Assembly: GCA_004556925.1 (NCBI GenBank)
Contig: SFFI01000003.1
Location: 34,187 to 98,186, forward strand
DNA: 64,000 bases
Reading direction: 5' to 3'
Origin: Clostridiales bacterium
Lineage (GTDB): Bacteria; Bacillota; Clostridia; Saccharofermentanales; DTU023
The translations under genes and the position numbers were made by a program. A model generated the notes under the pieces. That model had not been told where the DNA came from and did no database searches. It saw only the letters and a list, made by a program, of their open reading frames with translations. Shown one piece after another: positions 35,845 through 45,861 of this stretch (the first letter of the stretch is position 1; the number at the start of each line of letters is the position of its first letter).

Positions 35845-38517
35845 CTAGCCTTCGATTCTGTGGCGGCCGTGCTCACGGAAGTCCACGGAGACGTAGTCTC
35901 TGGGTTTCTCAATTTGGGCTTGGGCGGCGGCCAGGATGGCGATGGGCACGCGGTAGGGTGAGCAGGAGACGTAGTCGAAGTTCAGGTCGTGGCAGAGGTG
36001 GATGGATGAGGGTTCACCACCGTGTTCACCACAGATACCCAGATGGATTTCGGGCTTCACTTCTCTAGCCTCTTGTGAGCTGATCTTGACCAGGCGGCCA
36101 ACACCCTTTTGGTCCAGGATGGCGGTTGGGTCGCTCTCGAAGATACCCTTCTGATAGTAGGTATCGAGTACGCGGCCAGCGTCATCACGGGAGAGACCGT
36201 AACCCATTTGGGTGAGGTCGTTGGTGCCGTAGGAGAAGAAGTCTGCGTGCTGTGCGATCTCATCGGAGGTCAGGGCAGCACGGGGAATCTCGATCATGGT
36301 ACCTACCAGGTAATGGAGGTCCTGACCGGCTTCCTTAATCAGCTGGTCAGCCTTGTCCGTGATGATCTTGCGCAGGTATTCCAGCTCCTTGTCTACAGAA
36401 ATTAGGGGGACCATGATTTCGGGATAGACCTTGATGCCTTCTTTTTGAACGTTGAGGGCAGCAGAGATAATAGCCTCTACCTGCATTTCAGCAATCTCGG
36501 GGAAGACTACTGCCAGGCGGCAGCCACGCATACCCAGCATGGGGTTGGCTTCGGCCAGGCCGTGTACGACGCGCTTAATCTCGTCGAGGCTGATGCCCAT
36601 AGCATCGGCAAGTTCCTTCATCTCATTTTCTTCATGAGGCAGGAATTCGTGCAGAGGGGGATCCAGGAGACGGATGGTAACAGGCAGGCCCTGCATAGCG
36701 CGGAAGATGCCTTCAAAGTCGCCTCTCTGGATGGGGAGGATCTTGGCCAGAGCGGCTCTTCTTTCTTCTTCGTTCTTAGCCAGAATCATTTGACGGAATT
36801 CAAAGATACGGTCTTTCTCAAAGAACATGTGCTCGGTACGGACAAGGCCGATACCGCCCGCACCCAGTTCCAGAGCCTTGGCGGCGTCCTTGGGTGTGTC
36901 GGCGTTAGCACGCACGTTCATCTGACGGGTTTCGTTAGCCCAGTTGAGGACTGTGGAGAAATAGCCAGTGATATGTGCTTCTACAGAGGGGATAGCACCA
37001 GCGTAAACTTGGCCAGTGGTACCGTCGATAGAGATGACATCACCCTTATTAAGAGCTAAGTCTTTCAGATAAGCTTTGCCAGCGGCCTCATCGATGGTGA
37101 GGTCGGCACAGCCAGAAACACAACACTTACCCATACCACGGGCCACAACGGCAGCGTGAGAGGTCATGCCGCCACGAGCGGTCAGAATACCTTCTGAGAG
37201 GTTCATGCCTTCGATATCTTCAGCGGAGGTCTCCAGGCGAACCAGGATAACCTTTTTGCCAGCTTCCTTAGCGACCCGGGCTTCTTCTGCGCTGAAGACA
37301 ATTTCTCCGGAGGCGGCACCAGGAGAGGCAGGCAGACCCTTGGCTACAGGCTGGGCCTTCTTTAAGGCAGCTTCATCAAACATGGGGTGGAGGAGGGCAT
37401 CCAGGCTCTGAGGATCGATTTGTTGGAGGGCACGTTCCTTGGAAACCATGCCTTCTTCAACCATTTCTACTGCTACGCGCATGGCGGCTTGGGCGGTACG
37501 TTTACCATTACGGGTTTGGAGGATAAAGAGCTTGGACCGTTCAATGGTAAATTCTAGGTCTTGCATGTCGCCATAGTGTTTTTCCAGGCGCTTGGCGATG
37601 TCAGAGAACTGGTTGTAGATGTCTACGTTCCAGGTCTTCATTTCTTCCAGGTTAATAGGTGTACGAACACCAGCTACAACGTCTTCACCTTGAGCATTAA
37701 TCAAGAATTCTCCGTAGACTTTATTCTCACCGGTAGCAGGGTTGCGGGAGAAGGCTACACCGGAGCCAGAGTCATCACCCATGTTACCAAAGACCATCTC
37801 TTGAACGTTGACAGCAGTTCCCCAGGAGGCCGGGATATTGTGCATTTGGCGATAATAGATGGCACGGGGGTTATTCCAGGACCGGAAGACCGCTTCTACT
37901 GCTTCGATCAACTGCATCTTGGGATCTTGAGGGAAGTCTTCTCCCTTGATTTCTTTATAGCGGGCCAGGGAGGCTTGAGCGACTTTTTCTAGGTCCTCAG
38001 CATCCAACTCGGTGTCTTCGGTAACGCCCGTGGCCTTTTTAGCCTCGTCCATTAAGGCTTCAAATTCATCCTTGTGGACTTCCATGACGACGTCAGAGAA
38101 CATCATGATAAAGCGGCGGTAGGCATCGAAAGCAAAGCGGCGGTTATTGGTCAGCTTGGCTAAGCCTTCAACCACCTCATCATTGAGGCCCAGGTTGAGG
38201 ACTGTGTCCATCATGCCGGGCATAGAAGCACGGGCACCAGAACGGACGGAAACCAGGAGGGGATTATCCTTATCACCCAGGGTCTTGCCGGTCGCAGCCT
38301 CTAACTTGTGGAGATATTCAAAAATTTCCTCTTGAATGCCATCGGAAATCTTTCTGCCGTGGTCGTAATAGGCCATGCAGGCTTCTGTAGAAACGGTAAA
38401 GCCATTGGGTACAGGGAGGCCCAAGCCGGTCATTTCAGCCAGGTTCGCACCTTTACCACCGAGCAATTCACGCATGGAAGCGTTCCCTTCGGAAAACATG
38501 TAAACAAATTTTTTCAT
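35845..38517 (-). CDS. ppdK: pyruvate, phosphate dikinase
   Basis: 890 aa. MKKFVYMFSEGNASMRELLGGKGANLAEM, phospho-His region GGMTSHAAVVARGMG and C-terminal PEP-utilising TIM barrel motifs. Confidence 0.95.
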   Translation of the reverse strand: MKKFVYMFSEGNASMRELLGGKGANLAEMTGLGLPVPNGFTVSTEACMAYYDHGRKISDGIQEEIFEYLHKLEAATGKTLGDKDNPLLVSVRSGARASMPGMMDTVLNLGLNDEVVEGLAKLTNNRRFAFDAYRRFIMMFSDVVMEVHKDEFEALMDEAKKATGVTEDTELDAEDLEKVAQASLARYKEIKGEDFPQDPKMQLIEAVEAVFRSWNNPRAIYYRQMHNIPASWGTAVNVQEMVFGNMGDDSGSGVAFSRNPATGENKVYGEFLINAQGEDVVAGVRTPINLEEMKTWNVDIYNQFSDIAKRLEKHYGDMQDLEFTIERSKLFILQTRNGKRTAQAAMRVAVEMVEEGMVSKERALQQIDPQSLDALLHPMFDEAALKKAQPVAKGLPASPGAASGEIVFSAEEARVAKEAGKKVILVRLETSAEDIEGMNLSEGILTARGGMTSHAAVVARGMGKCCVSGCADLTIDEAAGKAYLKDLALNKGDVISIDGTTGQVYAGAIPSVEAHITGYFSTVLNWANETRQMNVRANADTPKDAAKALELGAGGIGLVRTEHMFFEKDRIFEFRQMILAKNEEERRAALAKILPIQRGDFEGIFRAMQGLPVTIRLLDPPLHEFLPHEENEMKELADAMGISLDEIKRVVHGLAEANPMLGMRGCRLAVVFPEIAEMQVEAIISAALNVQKEGIKVYPEIMVPLISVDKELEYLRKIITDKADQLIKEAGQDLHYLVGTMIEIPRAALTSDEIAQHADFFSYGTNDLTQMGYGLSRDDAGRVLDTYYQKGIFESDPTAILDQKGVGRLVKISSQEAREVKPEIHLGICGEHGGEPSSIHLCHDLNFDYVSCSPYRVPIAILAAAQAQIEKPRDYVSVDFREHGRHRIEG

Positions 38518-38595
38518 TCTTCCTCCTATTTTTCGAGAGTCTAGCCCCCGTTTTTGTCTGTTTCTTTTATGTATGCTGTTGCTGTTTGTCTATAT

Positions 38596-38625
38596 AAAAG
38601 GACAGTCTAAAGAGGCTGTCCTTTT
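38596..38625 (-). terminator. intrinsic terminator after glyQS
   Basis: AAAAGGACAG-(10 nt)-CTGTCCTTTT starting 4 nt after the glyQS stop. Confidence 0.8.
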
Positions 38626-38629
38626 AAGC

Positions 38630-40018
38630 TTACTTAAATTTTTCCTGCATGTAATCCAAGAGCTCAGCAATGGGCAGGCGGACCTGATCCATCGTGTCGC
38701 GGTCACGCACGGTCACGGCTTTATCTTCCAAGCTGTCAAAGTCAAAGGTCACACAATAGGGTGTACCAATCTCGTCTTGGCGGCGGTAGCGCTTGCCTAT
38801 CGACTGGCGGTCATCATATTCCACTGCGAAGTGGGGACGGAGCAGCTGGGCAACTTCCTCGGCCTCCGCAGCCAACTTGGCAGACAGGGGCAGGACGGCC
38901 ACCTTAACAGGAGCCAAGTCCTTATGTAGGCGCAAGACTGTACGCACTTCTCCACCGTCCAGCTCTTCCTCTTGGTAAGCGCCACAGAGGAAGGCGAGGA
39001 AGAGACGCTCAACCCCAACAGAAGGCTCTACCACGTAGGGGATATACTTCTCATTGCTTTGGGGGTCAAAGTAGCGTAGGTCTTGCTTCGACTGATCCAT
39101 GTGCTTGCCCAGGTCATAGTCTGTCCGGTCGGCCAGGCCCCAGAGTTCACCCCAACCAAAGGGGAAGAGGAACTCAAAGTCTGTGGTCGCCTTGGAGTAG
39201 AAAGATAACTCCTCCGGGCTGTGGTCTCTTAAGCGGAGCATGTCTTCCGGCAGGCCCATTTCGAGCAGCCAGCGATGAATGTACTCTCGCCAGTAGTCAA
39301 ACCACTCGAGGTCCGTGTCTGGTTCGCAGAAGAACTCAATCTCCATCTGCTCAAATTCCCGCGTCCGGAAAATAAAGTTGCCCGGCGTGATCTCGTTGCG
39401 GAAGGATTTACCGATTTGGGCAATGCCAAAAGGGATCTTTCGGCGGGAGCTGCGCTGGACATTACGGAAGTTTACAAAGATACCCTGGGCAGTCTCCGGC
39501 CGTAGGTAGAGCTGGGTTTGGGAATCCTCCGTAACACCCTGGAAGGTCTTGAACATGAGGTTGAATTTGCGGACATCCGTGTAATCGACGGCACCACAGC
39601 GGGGGCAGGCGATCTTATTATCCCGAATAATAGCCAGCAATTCTGCATCAGGCAGGCCTTCCACTTGACAGGGCTCACCCTTTTCCTCAAAGAAGTCCTC
39701 AATTAATTTGTCCGCGCGGTAGCGGGACCGGCAAGATTTACAGTCGACCAGGGGGTCAGAAAAGCCAGCGACGTGGCCAGAAGCCACCCAAACCTCTGGG
39801 TTGAGGAGAATACCGGAATCTAGACCTACATTGTGGGGATTTTCCCGGACAAAGCTTTGCCACCAGGCTTGCTTAATGTTGTTTTTGAGTTCGACGCCAT
39901 AGGGGCCGTAGTCCCAACTGTTGGCGAGGCCGCCATAGATATCAGAGCCAGGGTAGACAAAGCCGCGGTTGGAGGCTAAGGCCACCAGCTTTTCCATGCT
40001 CAGATCAGATTGTGCCAT
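38630..40018 (-). CDS. glyQS: glycine--tRNA ligase (homodimeric type)
   Basis: 462 aa. [32 protein letters not shown] and class II aaRS motifs. Confidence 0.95.
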   Translation of the reverse strand: MAQSDLSMEKLVALASNRGFVYPGSDIYGGLANSWDYGPYGVELKNNIKQAWWQSFVRENPHNVGLDSGILLNPEVWVASGHVAGFSDPLVDCKSCRSRYRADKLIEDFFEEKGEPCQVEGLPDAELLAIIRDNKIACPRCGAVDYTDVRKFNLMFKTFQGVTEDSQTQLYLRPETAQGIFVNFRNVQRSSRRKIPFGIAQIGKSFRNEITPGNFIFRTREFEQMEIEFFCEPDTDLEWFDYWREYIHRWLLEMGLPEDMLRLRDHSPEELSFYSKATTDFEFLFPFGWGELWGLADRTDYDLGKHMDQSKQDLRYFDPQSNEKYIPYVVEPSVGVERLFLAFLCGAYQEEELDGGEVRTVLRLHKDLAPVKVAVLPLSAKLAAEAEEVAQLLRPHFAVEYDDRQSIGKRYRRQDEIGTPYCVTFDFDSLEDKAVTVRDRDTMDQVRLPIAELLDYMQEKFK

Positions 40019-40476
40019 TATTCCTCGTCCTCGCTCTCCATGTCTTCATCCTGCTTGCCGATAATTTCCAAAAGCTGGGCCGTAAAGTCCCGGGCGTTCT
40101 GCTCTTGCAGGGCTTCGGTTTCCGCCCGTTCTTGGGCCTTGCGGTCGGCCGGAGAAAGTTGGGCAGATTCCGCCAGTTTGGCCTCTTCCTGTAAAGCTTC
40201 CTGTTGCTTGGCCATGGCCTGGCGTTGGGCCTCTAGGCGTTCAGCTTCAACTTCTGGCCGCAGAGGTACGACAACAGGGTGGTCACCCACGACGTATTTC
40301 AGTTTGCTCTCAGCCAATTCCATTGAAGCTTGAGTCAGGGGGATGTTAGACCGGCGTTCAGAAAGAGGCTGTCCGCCGTCCACCAGCTGCCTGGCCCGCT
40401 TAGCCGTTAAAAGAGAGAGCGTATAGCGGTTTTCCACCAGGGGTAAAAGTTTTTCAATGGGTGGATCAATTAGCAT
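40018..40476 (-). CDS. rpoZ: DNA-directed RNA polymerase subunit omega with a long charged C-terminal extension
   Basis: The N-terminal ~60 aa ([19 protein letters not shown]) form the omega core. They are followed by ~85 aa of E/A/Q/R-rich tail ending [10 protein letters not shown]. Confidence 0.8.
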   Translation of the reverse strand: MLIDPPIEKLLPLVENRYTLSLLTAKRARQLVDGGQPLSERRSNIPLTQASMELAESKLKYVVGDHPVVVPLRPEVEAERLEAQRQAMAKQQEALQEEAKLAESAQLSPADRKAQERAETEALQEQNARDFTAQLLEIIGKQDEDMESEDEE

Positions 40477-40682
40477 AGAGACCTCCTAATATTTGCCTTA
40501 CGGCAGTTTTGTATCTTTGTATCACTTACTTATATTTAAGTATTGTATGCCTTAGGACTATTAATTATAAGACACTTACTATTATAGTTCTAGTATTAAA
40601 GGGCCTCCGGACTGAGGTCTAGGATTTTGGCACAAAGGACAGGCCACAAGGCTCTTTTGCTTAGGCAAATTGTCTGGTTTTC

Positions 40683-41300
40683 TCAGAATTTTTCTACAAT
40701 ACTTTGAATGGCAACCGCCCGACGGAAAGCTCTCAGCCGTTCCACATAGAGAATATCTTGTACCGCTGAGCTGGTTTCTTCCAGGCTCTCATTAATCAGA
40801 AAATAATCAAACTGGGGGGCTTGGCTGATTTCCTGCCTGGCCTGGGACAGACGGCTGACAATTTTTTCTGGAGATTCTGTGTCTCGAAATTCTAAGCGGG
40901 ACCGCAATTCCTGGAGATTCGGCGGGGCCAGGAAGATGGTAATGGCTTGGGGCAGAGCTTTTTTGATGGCCAGGGCCCCCTTAACCGTGATGTCCAAGAA
41001 AATGCTGTAACCCGCATCCAGACGGGCTTCAATTTGAGCGCGGGGTGTACCGTAGTAATTGCCGCAGAATTCATCATATTCCAAGATTTGGTCTGCAGCG
41101 ATCATCTGTTGGAAGTCTTCCTGGCTCACAAAGTAGTAGTCCACCCCATTTTCTTCTTGTCCGCGTGGGGGCCGGGAAGTGGCAGAAACCGAGACCCAGG
41201 CCCGGTCTTCCTGGCGGAGGACTTCTCTAAGAACAGTGCCTTTCCCCACACCAGAAGGTCCAGAAATACAAACTACCAAAGGTTTTTTCTCAAGCGCCAT
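40683..41300 (-). CDS. gmk: guanylate kinase
   Basis: ISGPSGVGKGT P-loop and YYFVSQEDF. ATG at 41300 preceded by GGAG. The track ORF starts 27 nt earlier. Confidence 0.9.
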   Translation of the reverse strand: MALEKKPLVVCISGPSGVGKGTVLREVLRQEDRAWVSVSATSRPPRGQEENGVDYYFVSQEDFQQMIAADQILEYDEFCGNYYGTPRAQIEARLDAGYSIFLDITVKGALAIKKALPQAITIFLAPPNLQELRSRLEFRDTESPEKIVSRLSQARQEISQAPQFDYFLINESLEETSSAVQDILYVERLRAFRRAVAIQSIVEKF

Positions 41301-41430
41301 TTTAATAATCTCCACTTCGTCTCTCATCTATCAGGCGGGCATTATCGGGGCTTATTTTAGGGCAAGCGGGCTAGATTTACCAGGGGGCCACAGTTGCTCT
41401 TACGGGACTTTGGACTGGCCTCCCCTGATC

Positions 41431-41739
41431 CTAGTCTTCCCCACTCAAGAGTTTCTCCGGAGCCAGGGCAGACAAAATCACCTGGTCTGAATCCATAATA
41501 AGGACAGACCGAGTTTTCCGGCCCGCCGTGGCATCAATAAGGGCACCGCGGTCTCGCGCTTCTTGGACAAGACGGCGGATAGGGGCCGCATCTGGCAGCA
41601 CAATGGCCATCAGCCGAGTACTCGAAACAAAGGACCCATACCCCGTAGAGATAAATTCCGCCACCGGTCTACTCGTCTCCCCAGGACCTTGCGCCTCGAG
41701 TTCAGGGGCTCTGCAAGGGGGATTTACTACTTTACGCAT
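41431..41739 (-). CDS. remA: RemA/YlzA family (DUF370) regulator
   Basis: [58 protein letters not shown] is the RemA core. The true start is probably downstream, for example the GTG at 41664. Confidence 0.8.
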   Translation of the reverse strand: MRKVVNPPCRAPELEAQGPGETSRPVAEFISTGYGSFVSSTRLMAIVLPDAAPIRRLVQEARDRGALIDATAGRKTRSVLIMDSDQVILSALAPEKLLSGED

Positions 41740-41766
41740 CGCTTGAGTTCCTCCTTCCCGGGTCAG

Positions 41767-42657
41767 CTACTCTAAATTCTGGATCTGTTCGCGCAATTGT
41801 TCAATTTCAGACTTGAGTTCAACGGCCAGCTTGGTCATTTCCAGGTCTGGGGATTTAGAGGCAATGGTATTGCTTTCGCGGTTCATCTCTTGAATAAGAA
41901 AATCCAGCTTTTTACCTAGGGCTCCCTCACCTGTCAAGATTTCCCGGAATTGCTGGAAATGGCTGGCCAGCCGGGTGAGTTCTTCTGTGATATCTGCCTT
42001 GTCAGCAAAGAGGGCTATCTCTGCTGCTACCCTTTGTCCGTCATAGAATTCCTCCTGGTTCAAGTCCAGGAGTTCTTCCACCCGCACCAGGAGACGGTCC
42101 CGGTAACGGGCAGTGACCCCGCCGGCCCGGTCTAACAGCGCCGAACGTAGGGACTCCATGCGGTCTAAGCCCTGCAGGAGGCCCTGGGCTAGGTTGGTCC
42201 CCTCCACTTCCCGCATGGTGTGGAAGTCCGCCAGGCAGTCCGCCAGGCAGGTTTGGGTCAAGGAGGCCAGGCTGGCTTCATCCGCAGCTTCTTCCTCCAG
42301 ACTGATGACGTCTGGCAACTGGGCGATCCGCATGGCCAGGTTATCCGGCAATTCTTCTCCCAAAGCCTGGGCGATATCGCGGTAGGCATGGGCATAGGCC
42401 CGGGCCCGGGCCAAGTCACTGGTAATGGTCAAACTGTCGCCCGACTTATCTTGGTAGCTAACCCTGAGCTCCAGCTTGCCCCGACTAATCTCTTCCTGAA
42501 TCTGCTGGCGCCAGGCGGCTTCCAAGGGAGATAGGAGGCGGGGAGACCGCATAGTGAGATCAAAGTAGCGGGAATTAACCGAGCGGAGCTCCATGCTGAG
42601 GTTGATCTGGTCTTGACTCAGGTTGGCCCGGCCAAAGCCGGTCATACTTAAGGGCAT
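41767..42657 (-). CDS. YicC family stress-induced protein
   Basis: MPLSMTGFGRA...ELRSVNSRYFD N-terminus and C-terminal EMNRESNTIASKS. ATG at 42657 preceded by AAGAGG. Confidence 0.85.
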   Translation of the reverse strand: MPLSMTGFGRANLSQDQINLSMELRSVNSRYFDLTMRSPRLLSPLEAAWRQQIQEEISRGKLELRVSYQDKSGDSLTITSDLARARAYAHAYRDIAQALGEELPDNLAMRIAQLPDVISLEEEAADEASLASLTQTCLADCLADFHTMREVEGTNLAQGLLQGLDRMESLRSALLDRAGGVTARYRDRLLVRVEELLDLNQEEFYDGQRVAAEIALFADKADITEELTRLASHFQQFREILTGEGALGKKLDFLIQEMNRESNTIASKSPDLEMTKLAVELKSEIEQLREQIQNLE

Positions 42658-42661
42658 GTTG

Positions 42662-45442
42662 TTACCTCTTTTCTTGGGATGGATTATCCCAGCCCGTGGC
42701 CAGGATTTCTTGGGGTCTGAAGCCCAGGTAATCACCGGCTACCAGGCTATAGGGGACACCATCTATCACTTGCTGGTTCAGGCAGTATGGAGAGCCTGCG
42801 TGGTGAATATGGCCGAAGACACTGGCCACAGCACCCGCTTCACGGATGAGGCCTGTGACCCGGCTGGGGGCCAGGTTCTTGGCAAAGGGTGGGAAGTGGG
42901 TCATGACGATGAGCTGGCGACCTCCCGGCAGCTGGGCCGCGGCCTGCAAAGATAGCTGTAACCTGGCAATTTCCCTCTGTAAAATCTTGTCATCCGCTCC
43001 GGTGAAGCGCTGGTCATCTGGCCAGAGCCAGAGCCGGCTACCCGCGACCATATAGCGGTCTCCCAGGGGGAGGGCCGAATTTTGCAGGAAGTGCAAGCTA
43101 GACCAGCCTTGTGCCTGGACATAGTTGCTTATTTTATTTAAGCTCTGCCACCAATAGTCGTGGTTGCCCCGCAGGAGTATCTTCTCTCCGGGCAAGTTCT
43201 CGAGAAGCTGGAGGTCTGCTGCTGCCTCGGCCAGGTGCATGGCCCAGGATATATCTCCTGGTATAAGGACATAGTCCTGGTCAGCCACCAGCTCCCGCCA
43301 CTGGTCCTGCAAACGCTGGGTGTGGTCCTTCCAAGCCGGACCAAACTTATCCATAGGCTTGTCCACACTTTGGCCGAGGTGGAGGTCGGCAATCGTAAAA
43401 ATACGGGGATCCTGGACCCGGGCCAGCTCGGGTGGCAGGGACTGAGGCCTGACCTCCGCCAAAGTTGATGGCTCTTGCCTTTCTCCTGCAAGTTCTTCTG
43501 GGCCTGGTCCTGGCTTGGGTCCTGCTGTGGCCTCCTCAGGAGCTTCTGACGCTTCTGGGTGAAAATGCTGGTAGACCGCCTGGGCCACAGAACTGGGCAG
43601 CTTGGCTTCCTGTTCCAATTCGGCTAGGCTGGCTTGAGACACCCCTTTAAGGGTTTTGAAGGTCTGGAGCAAGGCCTTGCGGCGGGCAGGCCCTACGCCG
43701 GGGATCTCCTCCAGGCTCCAGCGCAGGTTACGCTTCTGAGCCAGCTTCTTTTGCTGGCGGCCGGCAAAACGGTGGGCCTCGTTTTGAATTGCCGTGATAA
43801 GACGGAGCAAGCTCAGGTCCCTGTTGCGGTCTTCCATGCTCATCTGGGCCTCTTGTTGGGGATCGTGGCGGAGAGGGATCTCCTTTAAATCTCGGCGGAC
43901 CAGGCCCCGCGACCGGTGCCGGTCATCTTTGACCATGCCGGCCAAGGCAATCTCTGGCGCACTTGCCTCTAGCAAGGGGGCAATAGCGGCCACGTGCCCC
44001 GCTCCCCCATCCAGGAGGATAAGCTGAGGTCTTTGGCCAAAATCCTCATCCACCAGCCGGGCCAGCCGGCGGGAAATCACCTCCTGCATAGAGGCATAGT
44101 CGTCTTGGCCCTCCACGCCCTTGATATTAAAGAGCCGGTAGGCAGAGCGTTTGGGTTTTCCATCCATAAAGACAATCATGGAGGCCGCCTTATCGTCTTG
44201 GCCCAGGTTGGCAATATCGTAGGCTTCAATGCGGTGGGGATAGTCTTGCAAGCAGAGGCAGTCAGCTAGGTCTTCCAGGGTCCGCTCCAGGTTGCCCTGT
44301 CCCCCACCCACCAAAACATGGCGGACCAGACTTTCTTCCGCATTGCGTTCCGCCATTTCCAGCCAGCGTAGCTTGAGTCCGCGCTGGGGCCGATGAAGCC
44401 GAACCTTGCGTCCGGCCTGGCTATGCAGCCAAGCCTCCACCTGGGGCAAGTTGTCCGGCAGATCAGATAGCAGAATTTCCTGGGGAAGCTGGTGGCCCTG
44501 GGAGTAGTATTGCAAAATAAAGGCCTGGTAAAGTTCCGATCGACTTTCCCCGCGGTCAGGGAAGAAATACGAGCCGGTAGAAATAATCCGGCCTTCCCTC
44601 ACCTTCAAGATACGGACGGCCTTTTCTGAATCATTCTCGGCCAAGGCTAAGACATCTGCATCGCTTGTCAAGTCTGGTAGGGCAATGGTCTGACGTTCGT
44701 TCAACTTTCCCAGGGCCTGGAGACGGTCACGCAGGCGGGCCGCCTGCTCAAAATCGAGGCGGGCAGCGGCCTCCCGCATATCTTTTTCTAACTTGCGGCT
44801 GAAGGGAACCGCTTTCCCCTCCAAAAATTGGACGAGTTCGTCAATAACTGCCCGATATTCCCCTTGGGGGACCGAGCCCAGGCAGGGGCCAATGCACTTG
44901 CCAATATAGTAATTGAGGCAGGGGCGTTCTTTGCCAATGTCCCGGGGTAAAACCCGCCGGCAACGTTTGAGGGGGAAAATTTCGTAAATTGCTTGCAAAG
45001 CCCGGTAGAGGTCGCCGCTTTGGTAGGGGCCAAAATACCGCACCCCCTCCTTGTAGTCCTCCAGGATATGGAAGGATTTAAGGACGCGAGGATAGGCCTC
45101 ATTAAGGGTCACCCGAATATAGGGATACTCTTTATCGTCGCGCAACAGGATATTGTAGCGAGGTTCATAGTGTTTGATGAGATTATTTTCCAGGATCAGG
45201 GCTTCCAGCTCATTAGCGCAAAGCACAAAATCAAAATCCCGGATATGAGAGATCATGGCCAGGACTTTGGCATTGCCCTGGGGATTCTCGGTAAAATAGG
45301 AACGCAGACGACGGGGGAGGTTGACAGCTTTCCCCACATAAATAACCTGCCCGGCTTCATCCTTCATCAGGTAGACGCCGGGTTCTTCAGGGATAAGGTC
45401 TAACCGAACATCAAAGTTCGGGAGGTCTGGCTGGGGGTTCAC
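42662..45442 (-). CDS. uvrC: excinuclease ABC subunit C fused to a C-terminal calcineurin-like metallophosphoesterase domain
   Basis: 926 aa. Carries GIY-YIG (GVYLMKDEAGQVIYVGKA), the UvrB-interacting region, the endonuclease domain and (HhH)2 (IPGVGPARRKALL) up to about aa 640. A P/E-rich linker follows, then 249 aa (42665..43411) with all five MPE motifs: DLHLG, GDISW, GNHDYWW, THFPP and GHIHH. Confidence 0.85.
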   Translation of the reverse strand: MNPQPDLPNFDVRLDLIPEEPGVYLMKDEAGQVIYVGKAVNLPRRLRSYFTENPQGNAKVLAMISHIRDFDFVLCANELEALILENNLIKHYEPRYNILLRDDKEYPYIRVTLNEAYPRVLKSFHILEDYKEGVRYFGPYQSGDLYRALQAIYEIFPLKRCRRVLPRDIGKERPCLNYYIGKCIGPCLGSVPQGEYRAVIDELVQFLEGKAVPFSRKLEKDMREAAARLDFEQAARLRDRLQALGKLNERQTIALPDLTSDADVLALAENDSEKAVRILKVREGRIISTGSYFFPDRGESRSELYQAFILQYYSQGHQLPQEILLSDLPDNLPQVEAWLHSQAGRKVRLHRPQRGLKLRWLEMAERNAEESLVRHVLVGGGQGNLERTLEDLADCLCLQDYPHRIEAYDIANLGQDDKAASMIVFMDGKPKRSAYRLFNIKGVEGQDDYASMQEVISRRLARLVDEDFGQRPQLILLDGGAGHVAAIAPLLEASAPEIALAGMVKDDRHRSRGLVRRDLKEIPLRHDPQQEAQMSMEDRNRDLSLLRLITAIQNEAHRFAGRQQKKLAQKRNLRWSLEEIPGVGPARRKALLQTFKTLKGVSQASLAELEQEAKLPSSVAQAVYQHFHPEASEAPEEATAGPKPGPGPEELAGERQEPSTLAEVRPQSLPPELARVQDPRIFTIADLHLGQSVDKPMDKFGPAWKDHTQRLQDQWRELVADQDYVLIPGDISWAMHLAEAAADLQLLENLPGEKILLRGNHDYWWQSLNKISNYVQAQGWSSLHFLQNSALPLGDRYMVAGSRLWLWPDDQRFTGADDKILQREIARLQLSLQAAAQLPGGRQLIVMTHFPPFAKNLAPSRVTGLIREAGAVASVFGHIHHAGSPYCLNQQVIDGVPYSLVAGDYLGFRPQEILATGWDNPSQEKR

Positions 45443-45461
45443 AAGGGCAGGTCAAGCTTCC

Positions 45462-45728
45462 TTATTCTTCCAGAAGAGGATCAGCAAGCCATTGGCTTAG
45501 GGTGGCCAAGGCCTCTTCTTCATCGGGGCCATCCACTAGGAGTGTAAGTTCAGAGCCGGGGGTCATACCCAAGGACATCAGCCCCAGAAGGCTCTTAGCA
45601 TTTGCGCGCTTGTCGCCGATTTGCACGTGCACAGAAGACCGGTAAGCAGAGGCCTTCTGAATCAAAAGGGCTAAGGTTTTCATCTGGATAGATTCTTCAC
45701 CTTGTAAGATAATCTTGGCTTCTTTCAT
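45462..45728 (-). CDS. HPr-family protein of the Crh type (His15 replaced by Gln, regulatory Ser46 retained)
   Basis: 88 aa from the ATG at 45728 (RBS GGAGGA). ESIQMKTLALLIQKAS aligns with GIHARPA / GLQARPA. NAKSLLGLMSLG retains the HprK-target serine. Confidence 0.7.
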   Translation of the reverse strand: MKEAKIILQGEESIQMKTLALLIQKASAYRSSVHVQIGDKRANAKSLLGLMSLGMTPGSELTLLVDGPDEEEALATLSQWLADPLLEE

Positions 45729-45861
45729 ATTTTCCTCCAAGAAAAAGCTACTTTCTATTTTAGGCTAGGGCTCTTTCTTACGCAAGACCTAGGCCGCCTA
45801 GACACAGGCAAGGTAACTTTTGCCTGCCCGGCTAAGTCTCCGTAAATTTCTCTGAGTCCTT

